From the IMG/VR virus record IMGVR_UViG_3300035703_000027, positions 1-64,000 of that record: DNA of 64,000 nt; one strand, given 5' to 3'. The translations under genes and the position numbers were made by a program. Under the pieces are notes generated by a model. That model ran no database searches, was not told the DNA's origin, and saw nothing but the letters and a program-made list of their open reading frames with translations. How positions within the stretch are numbered: the first letter of the stretch is position 1; every line of letters begins with the position of its first letter. Below, one piece after another: positions 47,298 to 55,260 of the stretch. The stretch is from a virus.

Positions 47298-48126
47298 CGG
47301 CGGCCACCTCGGCCGGGTCGAAGCCGTGCTGCAAGGGGTCGAGGCCCACGCGCAGCGCTTCCTGGATGGCGGCGAGGCGCACCGGGGCCAGCCGGCTCCG
47401 GGCGCGGCGAGACAGCGTGCCCTGCACGGTTTCGCGGCTCGCCAGGCGCGCCGGCTCCGCGGGCGTCACCACCCGCTCGGGCGGGGCGGCCACCGCCACC
47501 GCCGCCCGGGCGATCGCCTGGTGGTCGGCGTCGGGGCCGGCGGCAGCCACCAGGGCCGTCGCCATCGTCGCGGCCTCGGCCCGCTCGCGGGCCCGGTGCG
47601 CCTCGCCCTCCACCAGTCCGGCGGGCTTCGTCCACATCGGGCGCCAGTCGCCCAGGATGGCGAGCCGCAGGTAGTGCCCGGGCGCCACGGGCTGCCCCTT
47701 GAGCCGGAAGGTCCAGCCCGCGGCCTTGCGCTCCGCGTGGTAGCCGAGCTGGCGCTCCACCCGCTCCCGGCCGTGCTCCCGAATCAGGTTGACCGCCGCC
47801 CCCGGGTAGATGCCCTCGGCCCGCAGGGCCTGCACCAGCGGGTCGTCGTCCGTCAGCGCAGCCCCCTGCGCAGCATCCTGCGCCGATCCTCTCTCTGTCC
47901 CATGCTCGATCTTACGATCGTCATGCGAAGAATCCTGCGCAGGGACGACGCCGACCTCCCGGACAGCCTTCAGCCCCCCCTCGATGGTGCGCACCGAGCA
48001 GCCCCATGCCTCCGCCCACCGGCCCTTCGGGCAGGGGCCGTCGGTTTCGAGCGACAGCGCGACCAGCACCTGCATGGGGTTCAGGCCGGCGGCAAACAAA
48101 GCGGTGATGCGGTTGTGCAGCGACAT
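47263..48126 (-). CDS. Replication-initiator-like protein (N-terminal HTH, C-terminal helical domain)
   Basis: RWAEAWGCSVRTIEGGLKAVREVG HTH; PGHYLRLAILGDW resembles the NPxGxLxxAIxxDW pattern of Rep C-termini; AAAGGA RBS. Confidence 0.5.
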   Translation of the reverse strand: MSLHNRITALFAAGLNPMQVLVALSLETDGPCPKGRWAEAWGCSVRTIEGGLKAVREVGVVPAQDSSHDDRKIEHGTERGSAQDAAQGAALTDDDPLVQALRAEGIYPGAAVNLIREHGRERVERQLGYHAERKAAGWTFRLKGQPVAPGHYLRLAILGDWRPMWTKPAGLVEGEAHRARERAEAATMATALVAAAGPDADHQAIARAAVAVAAPPERVVTPAEPARLASRETVQGTLSRRARSRLAPVRLAAIQEALRVGLDPLQHGFDPAEVAAVSRGSVQTAAS

Positions 48127-48173
48127 GGGCAATCCTTTCAAGGGGTCCGGCGAAAACACGCCGGGGGGAGCCC

Positions 48174-48202
48174 TTGACACCTGGATCGCGCTGCCATACG
48201 CT
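48174..48202 (+). promoter_or_regulatory. Near-consensus sigma70 promoter, antisense to the rep leader
   Basis: TTGACA-N17-TACGCT. Confidence 0.7.
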
Positions 48203-48208
48203 GGATCT

Positions 48209-48377
48209 GCTCTTGATCTTGTATGGCTTTTTGCGCGGTTTTGGGTGTCAGGGGCGGCGGCTCTAGGGCGGCGGCTTAGGAAACCAACTCCGACGGGTTA
48301 GATGCTTCGGTGTCTGACTGGGCTATCTCGATCCTCGTAACCACCTCCGTGTTCACGCACGGGGGTGGTTATGTTTT
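48209..48377 (+). ncRNA. Candidate ~170-nt antisense (countertranscript) RNA
   Basis: Bounded by the sigma70 promoter and a strong hairpin plus T-rich tract; no convincing ORF. Confidence 0.4.
48338..48377 (+). terminator. Stem-loop with T-rich tail
   Basis: TAACCACCTCCGTG ... CACGGGGGTGGTTA then TGTTTT. Confidence 0.6.
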
Positions 48378-48404
48378 ATAGGGGCTCGCTCGGTTGGATC
48401 GCAA
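48375..48404 (-). promoter_or_regulatory. Candidate sigma70 promoter for the rep-like gene
   Basis: TTGCGA-N18-TATAAA on the minus strand. Confidence 0.4.
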
Positions 48405-48429
48405 GGTCGGCGATCGCAGACGGGACCGG

Positions 48430-48469
48430 GGCAATCCGCCGCGAAGCGCGCACGGGGCCGTGTTACGGT
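48430..48469 (+). promoter_or_regulatory. Class B promoter-like motif upstream of the sigma gene
   Basis: GGCAA-N29-TACGGT. Confidence 0.68.
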
Positions 48470-48489
48470 GGATCCACGGAGGTCCCCCC

Positions 48490-50334
48490 ATGCCCCACCT
48501 GCTGCGATCCGTTGCCGATCACCTCGCCGGGTCCACCCCGCTCCAACGGGTCGCCGGCGCGCTGGCCGGCCCCCTCGAAAAGGGCCTCGTCCACACCTAC
48601 ACGCGCCACATGCACGGCGTCGCCCAGGTGGTGCCCGAGCACATGCGCGCGGACCCCGCCGCCATCATCGGGATGCTTGCCAAGCGGCACCACCACCAGC
48701 TCAGCTTCGACCTGTTCGGCGGTGGCGGCGGCGGGGCGCCCCCGGCCGTCCAGCCCCACGGCGCCGGCAACGGTGGCACGGTGCAGCGCGACAGCATGTA
48801 CCGGGTGCAGGACCAGGAGCCGGCCGTCGGCAGCATCGCGCAGGCCACCTTCAAGCCCGAGCCCGCGCCCCCGGCCACGCAGACGCACCGTCCGCGCGTG
48901 CCCCAGGGGCTGCACCTGCCGGCGGAGAAGGCCGAGGCCCGCAAGGTGCTGGAGGGGGCGCACCGGGACCTGGTGACGGCCCGCCAGCTCGAAGAGGACG
49001 CCAAGCTGGAGCCCGGCCGCCGCGAGGCGCTGCTCGCGCGCGCCACCACGCTGCGCGCGCGGCTCGCCGACGCGGCCGGCCCGGACTACGAGCGCGCCGT
49101 CGAGGGCAAGCTCGTGGCGAACTACGCCCCGGAGATTGGCGGCGTGGTGGCCGACTGGGCCCACAAGGTGGGCGTGCCCGTCGAGCGGGACGCGCACGGC
49201 CGGCCGTCGGGGAACTTCGGCCTGCTGCATGCCGAGGCGCTCGACGCCGCCTACCAGGCGGTGCACCGCTACCGCACCCACAACCGCACCGGCCTGCTGA
49301 AGCTCGTGAAGGGCCAGGTGGAGCAGCGCCTGTTCCGGCACTGGAAGCGGGCCGTCGGCAAGGGCGCGTTCAACATGGGCCAGAACGAGGCCGAGGACGC
49401 GAGCAAGGTCGCACGCTACACCAGCGCGCACGCGTCGGCCTACGGCGAGCAGCCCACGGACGAGCAGGTGGCGGAGGCCCTCGGGATGACGCCCAAGCGG
49501 GTCGCCGACATCAAGCGGCAGGCGATCGCCGCGCTCGGGGACAGCCTGAACCAGACCAGCGAGGACGGCAGCGAGCTGGGAGAGCGGGTGGGCAGCAGCC
49601 GCCAGGACCCGGCCCGGCGGGCGGAGGCCGACGAACTGTCCGACGCCGTGCATACCGCGCTTGCGGAGCTGGATCCGCTGAAGCGCGCCACGGTCCGGGT
49701 GGCGCACGGCATGGGGCTCGACGCGGACACGGCCGCGCACCTCGCCGCGCACACGCAGCTCGACGACCTCGCGGCGGCCTTGCAGGACCACGCCCACCTC
49801 GCCGAGCCCGACGCCCGCGCGACGGCCGCGGTGGGGGCGGTCCAGTGGCGCGCCCCGGGGGACGCGGCGCTGCGGGTGCGGGCGGCGCTGCACCTGCTGG
49901 ACCACGGCGCGGACCCGGTGCAGGCCTTGCAGGCGCCCGAGCAGCGGGAGGATGGGGACAAGCACGACATTTCCGTCTCCGAGGTCTACCGGCGCGTCGG
50001 GCTGAAGCCGGCCAACAGCGGCAGCGTGCTGCGGTCTGCTGAGCAGGCGCTGGCCCGGCACCCGGCGCTGGTCGGCTTCCGGGACGCGCTGCACAAAAGC
50101 TTGTTCGCGCCCATTGGCACGCCGTGGGGGTCGCTGCTCGCGGCGATCGCCCCTGCGGCCCTCCTTGCGAGCCTGCCGGCGCCCTTGGCAGCCCTCGCGC
50201 CCTCGCTCCTCGAAGATGATCGGCACGGCTGGGCGCTGGTGCGGGAGGATCGCGCCGCGGAGGCTGCCATTCTGGCGGCGGCGGCCCAGGGGGGTGGGGA
50301 TGAAACGGTTCACGGTGACGGCGCGGGGCGTTAG
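48490..50334 (+). CDS. Leader-cargo protein 11: sigma70-family (group-3-like) sigma factor with divergent leader
   Basis: LEKGLVHTYTRH..G..VVPEHMR leader; region 2 LHAEALDAAYQAVHRY; region 3 GEQPTDEQVAEALGMTPKRV...SLNQ; region 4 AVHTALAELDPLKRATVRVAHGM, then an insertion, then ISVSEVYRRVG...AEQALARH. Confidence 0.72.
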   Translation: MPHLLRSVADHLAGSTPLQRVAGALAGPLEKGLVHTYTRHMHGVAQVVPEHMRADPAAIIGMLAKRHHHQLSFDLFGGGGGGAPPAVQPHGAGNGGTVQRDSMYRVQDQEPAVGSIAQATFKPEPAPPATQTHRPRVPQGLHLPAEKAEARKVLEGAHRDLVTARQLEEDAKLEPGRREALLARATTLRARLADAAGPDYERAVEGKLVANYAPEIGGVVADWAHKVGVPVERDAHGRPSGNFGLLHAEALDAAYQAVHRYRTHNRTGLLKLVKGQVEQRLFRHWKRAVGKGAFNMGQNEAEDASKVARYTSAHASAYGEQPTDEQVAEALGMTPKRVADIKRQAIAALGDSLNQTSEDGSELGERVGSSRQDPARRAEADELSDAVHTALAELDPLKRATVRVAHGMGLDADTAAHLAAHTQLDDLAAALQDHAHLAEPDARATAAVGAVQWRAPGDAALRVRAALHLLDHGADPVQALQAPEQREDGDKHDISVSEVYRRVGLKPANSGSVLRSAEQALARHPALVGFRDALHKSLFAPIGTPWGSLLAAIAPAALLASLPAPLAALAPSLLEDDRHGWALVREDRAAEAAILAAAAQGGGDETVHGDGAGR

Positions 50335-50506
50335 GTTCAAGAGCGCCAGCCGCGGGGGTCTGGTGGACCCCAAACACAAGCAACCGACGAACATCAGCTA
50401 CACCATCCTGGCAGAGGACATGGAAGCCGCCGCGGACCAGATCGAGTGGGTGATGCGGGCGGAGGACTTCGTGTTCCAGGATCTGCTCGTCACGGGCCCC
50501 CTGTGA
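50300..50506 (+). CDS. Hypothetical protein (68 aa)
   Basis: GGGGA RBS; overlaps the sigma gene end. Confidence 0.5.
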   Translation: MKRFTVTARGVRFKSASRGGLVDPKHKQPTNISYTILAEDMEAAADQIEWVMRAEDFVFQDLLVTGPL

Positions 50507-50574
50507 CGTGCAGCGCCCGTGCTGCGGGCGTGCAGCACGGGCGCTGTGCGGGGGCTGCGTGCGCGCGGCGCGCC

Positions 50575-50886
50575 CTAGACGGGGGCCTCGTCCGCGCTCG
50601 CGGCGCTCGATGGGGGCGCGGGGGCGGCCGGGGCGGTGGGGGGTGCGGCCGGCGGGTGCACGCGGGTGCCCTCGGGGCGGCCGGGAGGCGGCGGGGTGAC
50701 GGGGTCGCACGTCGGGCAGGCCGCGGCGCGCCGCACCGGCACCTTGATCATGGCGGCGAGCGCGTCGGCGTAGCGCTGGGCGTCCGGCTCGGCCCACGCG
50801 TTCGTGAGGTTGAGCCGCTCCCCGTCGCCCACGAGGTCCACGGCCAGGAAGCGGCCGGGGTAGTGCATGTGGAGTTCGATGTGCAT
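50575..50886 (-). CDS. Hypothetical protein
   Basis: GGAGG RBS; CPTC and Pro-rich tail. Confidence 0.55.
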   Translation of the reverse strand: MHIELHMHYPGRFLAVDLVGDGERLNLTNAWAEPDAQRYADALAAMIKVPVRRAAACPTCDPVTPPPPGRPEGTRVHPPAAPPTAPAAPAPPSSAASADEAPV

Positions 50887-50944
50887 GGGGCCTCCATGAG
50901 GAAGGGCCGCGCAGCGGGTGCCGCGCGGCCCGGGGCGGGGCGGT

Positions 50945-51874
50945 TCAGAAGGGCAGCTCGGCGTCGTCGGCCGCGTCCGCGTCGGGCGCCTCGGCCGCCG
51001 GGGCGTCCTGCGCCGCCTTGGCGGCCTTGGCCCGCAGGGCGAGCGCCAGCGCCCGGAGCTGGGCGGGCGTCAGCTTGGTGAAGCCGGCGTACCCGGGGAT
51101 GGTGTCCCGGCAGAACTGCGAGAGCGCCGCCTTGTCGAGCCCGGCGGCCTCGGCCGCGGCCTTGACGGCCGCCAGCGCGTCGCCGTCGGGCCCCTCGGGC
51201 TGCGCGGGCGCTGCGGGCACGCTGCGCACGGGCGGCATGGGCGCAACGGGCGTGTTGCGCATCGGCGGCTCGGCCGCCGCCACCGGGTTCTGGGCCTGGT
51301 CCATCTCCTCGGAGACGTACACGCCGCTCAGCTCGGACGGGAAGGCCCGCCGCAGCGCGAGGGCCTCGGCCACCTTGCCGATCATGACCTCGGGCATGGC
51401 GGCCCAGAACTTCATCAGGCCCCCGTCGCGCCGGCGGGCGGCGTAGGCGTTGAAGCGCGCCACCCCGTAGAGGGGCTGGGTGAACCCGTGCTTGAGCACG
51501 CCCACGCGGGCGGCGACCGGCGGCGTGTCGTAGGGCCACGCCTCGTGCCAGTTGCCGTCCTTGTCGAGCCAGTGCGGGCCCACCTGCCCGGCGTACCGCC
51601 CCGACCGCTCCGCGATGAGGCGGAAGCCGTCGATCGACACCTGGACCGCCACCACGTCGCGGCCCGCGTCATCGCGGCGCTTGACGTAGAACACCTGCCG
51701 GGCGAACGGGTCGAGCCGCAGGCGATTGGTCATGGCGATCGCCATGTCCACCTGGTCGGCCGGGGCGCCCGCCAGCATGGTGCGCTTGAGCAGCGCGATC
51801 TCTTCCTCGGAAAGGAAGGGGCGCTCGATGCTGACCACCTCGCCGGTGGTGTTGTTCACGTGCTCTGCCGTCAT
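50945..51874 (-). CDS. bet: Single-strand annealing protein, RecT/Bet family
   Basis: LDPFARQVF, QVSIDGFRLIAERSGRYAG, WAAMPEVMIGKVAEALALRRAFP..LSGVY..EEM. Confidence 0.92.
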   Translation of the reverse strand: MTAEHVNNTTGEVVSIERPFLSEEEIALLKRTMLAGAPADQVDMAIAMTNRLRLDPFARQVFYVKRRDDAGRDVVAVQVSIDGFRLIAERSGRYAGQVGPHWLDKDGNWHEAWPYDTPPVAARVGVLKHGFTQPLYGVARFNAYAARRRDGGLMKFWAAMPEVMIGKVAEALALRRAFPSELSGVYVSEEMDQAQNPVAAAEPPMRNTPVAPMPPVRSVPAAPAQPEGPDGDALAAVKAAAEAAGLDKAALSQFCRDTIPGYAGFTKLTPAQLRALALALRAKAAKAAQDAPAAEAPDADAADDAELPF

Positions 51875-51914
51875 GGTTCCTCCTTGGCCGGCTGCCTGCC
51901 GGGCTCAGGGGGGC

Positions 51915-51940
51915 CTATCCGCGCTGTCTGTGATTTATGC
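51915..51940 (-). promoter_or_regulatory. Class A promoter-like motif upstream of bet
   Basis: GCATA-AATCACAGACAGCGC-GGATAG on minus; contains the TAA stop of the upstream gene. Confidence 0.72.
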
Positions 51941-52492
51941 CGCGCCGATCGGGGCGATGGGCATGGCGGCGTCGGCCACCGTGCCCTTGCGCACCTCGAC
52001 GCGGTAGGGCCACAGCAGCGCGTGCTCCAGGATGACGAGCAGGTGCGGGCGCATGTGCATCGGATCGGCGTTCCGGTTGGCGATTGCCTTGGCGCGCAGC
52101 AGATCCGTCACGAGCGCCATGAGGGGGCCGGCCTGCGGCTGAATCTGGAGCCAGTCGTTGTGCACCTGGTAGGTGGGAGAGGGCTGGCGCGTCACCAGCT
52201 CCTCCGCGAGCTGCCCGCGGAAGCGCACGCGCTTGTCGGCGTCTTGCGTGTCCACGCCCGCCCCCGTCTGAAGGGCGGCGAGCATCAGGGCCCCGAGCTG
52301 GAGGCTGTGCGCGAGCGCCACGTCCGAGTCGAGCCCCGGGCCCTCCACGGCCTGCTGGTAGCCCGGCAGCAGCGCGAGCCCGCGGGCGATCGCCTCCTTC
52401 GCGGACACCGGGCGGGACAGCACCGGGTCGTCCGGGTTCTCCACCAGGTTCGCGAACAAACCCATCCAGCGCTTGAGCGCCAACTCTTCCAT
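51935..52492 (-). CDS. Hypothetical protein (185 aa)
   Basis: AAAGGA RBS. Confidence 0.6.
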   Translation of the reverse strand: MEELALKRWMGLFANLVENPDDPVLSRPVSAKEAIARGLALLPGYQQAVEGPGLDSDVALAHSLQLGALMLAALQTGAGVDTQDADKRVRFRGQLAEELVTRQPSPTYQVHNDWLQIQPQAGPLMALVTDLLRAKAIANRNADPMHMRPHLLVILEHALLWPYRVEVRKGTVADAAMPIAPIGAA

Positions 52493-52520
52493 GGCCGTGT
52501 CCTTTCGATGTGGGGGTGGG

Positions 52521-52829
52521 TCAGAGCCCTTCCAGCCAGCCGAGCCGGAACACGTAGCGCACCTGGTGCGCCTCCGCGAGGGCCTCGCCGGCCGTGACCT
52601 GGCGCGTGCCGGCACAGAAGCCCAGGTAGAGGTCAGGGCGCTCCGCCGCCAGGTAGCCCTGCGCGCGCGCCAGCGCCTTGATCGCCACGTAGACCGCCTG
52701 CTGGCCGATCGCCGTGACCTCCAGGTTCAGCTCGCGCCGGAACTCACGCTCCCGCACCGCATGCGCGATGGCGCCGGCGACACGCGCCGGCTGCGACTCG
52801 TTCTTGACCCGGATGGCCGTGGTGCTCAT
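52521..52829 (-). CDS. spoVS: SpoVS-family (Alba-like) protein
   Basis: IRVKNESQPARVAGAIAHAVRE...VTAIGQQAVYVAIKALARAQGYL matches the SpoVS pattern. Confidence 0.8.
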   Translation of the reverse strand: MSTTAIRVKNESQPARVAGAIAHAVREREFRRELNLEVTAIGQQAVYVAIKALARAQGYLAAERPDLYLGFCAGTRQVTAGEALAEAHQVRYVFRLGWLEGL

Positions 52830-52847
52830 GGCCCCACCGTAACACGG

Positions 52848-53108
52848 TCAGAACGGCTCAAAGTCCTCATCTTCCACAGGCTCGTGCAACGCGTCGCGCC
52901 CGCCCGGGCCCGCGTCGCCTGCGCGCAGGTGCGCGCGGCCCGCCACCCAGAACACCGACCGCTTCAGGTAGGGGCCGCGCAGCAGCCCCTCGATGCGCGC
53001 CACGCCGGCCGCCCCCTGGCCGAAGTAGAAGGCCAGCTCCAGCGGCGTCGCCGGCCCAAGGGTCGCGAGCGCGTCGAGCAACGTGAAGATCGTGACGCGC
53101 CGCGGCAT
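52848..53108 (-). CDS. Small putative winged-helix protein
   Basis: LLDALATLGPATPLELAFYFG pattern. Confidence 0.5.
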   Translation of the reverse strand: MPRRVTIFTLLDALATLGPATPLELAFYFGQGAAGVARIEGLLRGPYLKRSVFWVAGRAHLRAGDAGPGGRDALHEPVEDEDFEPF

Positions 53109-53112
53109 CCCT

Positions 53113-53718
53113 TCAGCCCCCGAACAACCGCGCGAGGAACCCCTTGGGCTTCTCGGGGGGCGCCTGCAACGCCGCGAGCTGCTGCTGCGCCGCAAGCAAC
53201 TCGCCCTGCAACCGCACAATCTCCGCCTGCGCGTCCCGGTCCGCCTGCAACTTCTCGACCATCGCGCGCGAGGCCTCGGCGAACTTCTCCAGCCGTGCCT
53301 CGGAGGACTCCGCGATCGCCAGGGCCTGCGCCTGCGTCTCCTGCATCGCCGCCCGCACCGCCTCGGCCACCGCCTGGTGCAGGTCCCGCTGCTCGGGCAG
53401 CGCCGCCGTCAGCCGGTCCAGGCGTTGCAGCACCTCCGCGAGGTCGGGCCCCACGCCCGCGCCCTTGCGGCTCGGGTGCGCCGTCGGGTGCTCCGCCTCG
53501 AACCGCCGCCGAATCTCCTCCCACGGCAGCTCGGGCTTCACCGTCAGCCGCAGCGGCTTGGCGTAGGCCAGCAGCGCCATGTCGTCCGGCGTGAACAGGT
53601 GCGTGTTGCCGGAGGTCAGCTCCGGGTCGAGCTGCAAGCTCGACACCCACGTGCGGAACTGCCCCGGCGTCAGGCCCAGGCGCTCCCGCACCTCGGCGCC
53701 GGTCATCTTCTTCTCCAT
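53113..53718 (-). CDS. MerR-like HTH plus coiled coil plus C-terminal amphipathic helix (TubY/RacA-like architecture)
   Basis: MTGAEVRERLGLTPGQFRTW...HLFTPDDMALL; heptad region; ends KPKGFLARLFGG. Confidence 0.72.
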   Translation of the reverse strand: MEKKMTGAEVRERLGLTPGQFRTWVSSLQLDPELTSGNTHLFTPDDMALLAYAKPLRLTVKPELPWEEIRRRFEAEHPTAHPSRKGAGVGPDLAEVLQRLDRLTAALPEQRDLHQAVAEAVRAAMQETQAQALAIAESSEARLEKFAEASRAMVEKLQADRDAQAEIVRLQGELLAAQQQLAALQAPPEKPKGFLARLFGG

Positions 53719-54007
53719 GGTGGCTCCTATGGTCGCGCACGGCCGCCTCGACGCGTGCACGCGACACGCTTGCAGCACGCTTGCGGCAGGCACGCTGCGC
53801 CCGCGCCGCCCGCGGCAGCCGGTAGCCCAGGCGCGCGAGCGCCGCGAGCGTCTCGGGCGAGAGGTGGACCGGGCGACGGTGGCAGCGAAGGGGATACATG
53901 CCGCCAGCGTAGCGCCCGCGCGCCCCGCGGGGAGGTGATGCCCGTCACCAAGCAGCGTGGGTGCTGCAAGCCTGTTGCAGGCACGCTGCACCGGCGCAAC
54001 GCGCGCG

Positions 54008-54036
54008 CCGCTCACGGCTGCCCCAGCCGGGCGGCG
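54008..54036 (+). repeat. 29-bp direct repeat, copy 1 (copy 2 at 54443-54471)
   Basis: CCGCTCACGGCTGCCCCAGCCGGGCGGCG in both places. Confidence 0.8.
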
Positions 54037-54108
54037 GCAAGGCCACCGTCGAGCGTCCAGAACCAGGACGTAGATGGCCCAGCAGGTCGGGCTTTCAGTG
54101 CTTTGCGG

Positions 54109-54378
54109 TCAGGCATCGAGTTTGTCCCACAGCGCCAAGTCCTCCGGCCGCGGGTTGTCTTTTAACGCCTCGCGGTGGGCCACGGCCGCATCGACCAGCG
54201 CCCACATGCGGCGCATCTCGCCCTCGGCACGCAGTCGCAAGGCTTCCAGCTCCTTCACCATCGCGGCGATGTCGGCATGGTCGATGTCTTCCGGCTGCGT
54301 CTTGCGGAAGACGGTCACTATGCGGGGTTCTGACGCCCTGAAGGCGAGCTTTTTCTTGATGGGTTCCAAGTCCAACAT
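54109..54378 (-). CDS. Hypothetical protein in a lower-GC insert
   Basis: AAAGGA RBS, MLDLEPIKKKL. Confidence 0.55.
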   Translation of the reverse strand: MLDLEPIKKKLAFRASEPRIVTVFRKTQPEDIDHADIAAMVKELEALRLRAEGEMRRMWALVDAAVAHREALKDNPRPEDLALWDKLDA

Positions 54379-54442
54379 TGGGCTGTCCTTTCTTTTATCG
54401 GGGTTGGCAGACCTGTCATGCGTTCTCGCAGCGCCACCTGAA

Positions 54443-54471
54443 CCGCTCACGGCTGCCCCAGCCGGGCGGCG
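54443..54471 (+). repeat. 29-bp direct repeat, copy 2
   Basis: Identical to 54008-54036; encodes the end of 54447-54704. Confidence 0.8.
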
Positions 54472-54704
54472 ATCGCGAGGCAGCGTGGGCAATCCGCCGC
54501 GGTGTTCCTGGTTTTCACCTCGGTGCTGAAGTGGTTAGCCAGCACGGCTTCCGGCCGGCACAGCAGTGTCATCGCTGGGCGCTTGATGCGCCCGACGGTC
54601 AGGTCCTCGTCCGTCATCCAATGGACGCGATCCATCAGCTTAAGCTCTATAAGACTACGACGCCCGAATCGGCGCAGGATCATTTGGGCCCTCACCAGTG
54701 CCAT
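54447..54704 (-). CDS. Small Zn-binding hypothetical protein
   Basis: LC.P...ADCPRCLAIAARL shared with 57072-57431; GGAGG RBS. Confidence 0.6.
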   Translation of the reverse strand: MALVRAQMILRRFGRRSLIELKLMDRVHWMTDEDLTVGRIKRPAMTLLCRPEAVLANHFSTEVKTRNTAADCPRCLAIAARLGQP

Positions 54705-54705
54705 G

Positions 54706-55260
54706 TCACACCTCCTCGTCGTGCAGCTCGGCCGCCTGGCGCGCCAGGTAGGCGCTCAGGGCGCCCTCGGCCTCGTAGGGGTCGGCGTAGGCGGGGCTGA
54801 ACGCCCCCTCGCCCCAGGCGTCGCCCTCGTCGCCCGCGCCCTCGAAGTGCCAGCCATCCGGCTGGAGCGTCACGTCGAAGCCGGCCGGACCAGTGACGCG
54901 GCACGGGACGGCCCAGGCGCCGTTCACGTCGGCCACCATCCAGGCCCGGGCCCGGCGGACCGTCGTGCGCTCGATGAACACCACCAGGGTGTCCTCGCGC
55001 TGGCGCAGGGCCTCCAGGTAGGTGGCCTCCACGTCCGGCGGGGGCGGCTCGCCCTCGCCCTCCAGGCGCTGCGCGCGGGCCCACAGGGCCTCGGCCGGGG
55101 TCGCGACCCGGTGCCGGAGGTCGGCCCGGATTTCCTCGGCGAACAGCGCGTCCCAGTCGCCGCCTCGCGCGGCGTGGACCGCCTCGCAGGCGGCCAGCTC
55201 GGACTCGGCCTTCACGACGGCCAGGTCCCGGGTGTTGTCGGTCACGCGGTAGTAGGTCAT
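54706..55260 (-). CDS. Hypothetical protein (internal start of track ORF 54706-55767)
   Basis: AAGGAG RBS and class A motif directly upstream of MTYYRV. Confidence 0.6.
   Translation of the reverse strand: MTYYRVTDNTRDLAVVKAESELAACEAVHAARGGDWDALFAEEIRADLRHRVATPAEALWARAQRLEGEGEPPPPDVEATYLEALRQREDTLVVFIERTTVRRARAWMVADVNGAWAVPCRVTGPAGFDVTLQPDGWHFEGAGDEGDAWGEGAFSPAYADPYEAEGALSAYLARQAAELHDEEV

Noticed and set aside
48209-48420. tRNA or tmRNA in the AT-richer intergenic region
   Set aside because: No acceptor stem, T-loop GTTC or CCA arrangement; kept only as a candidate antisense RNA.
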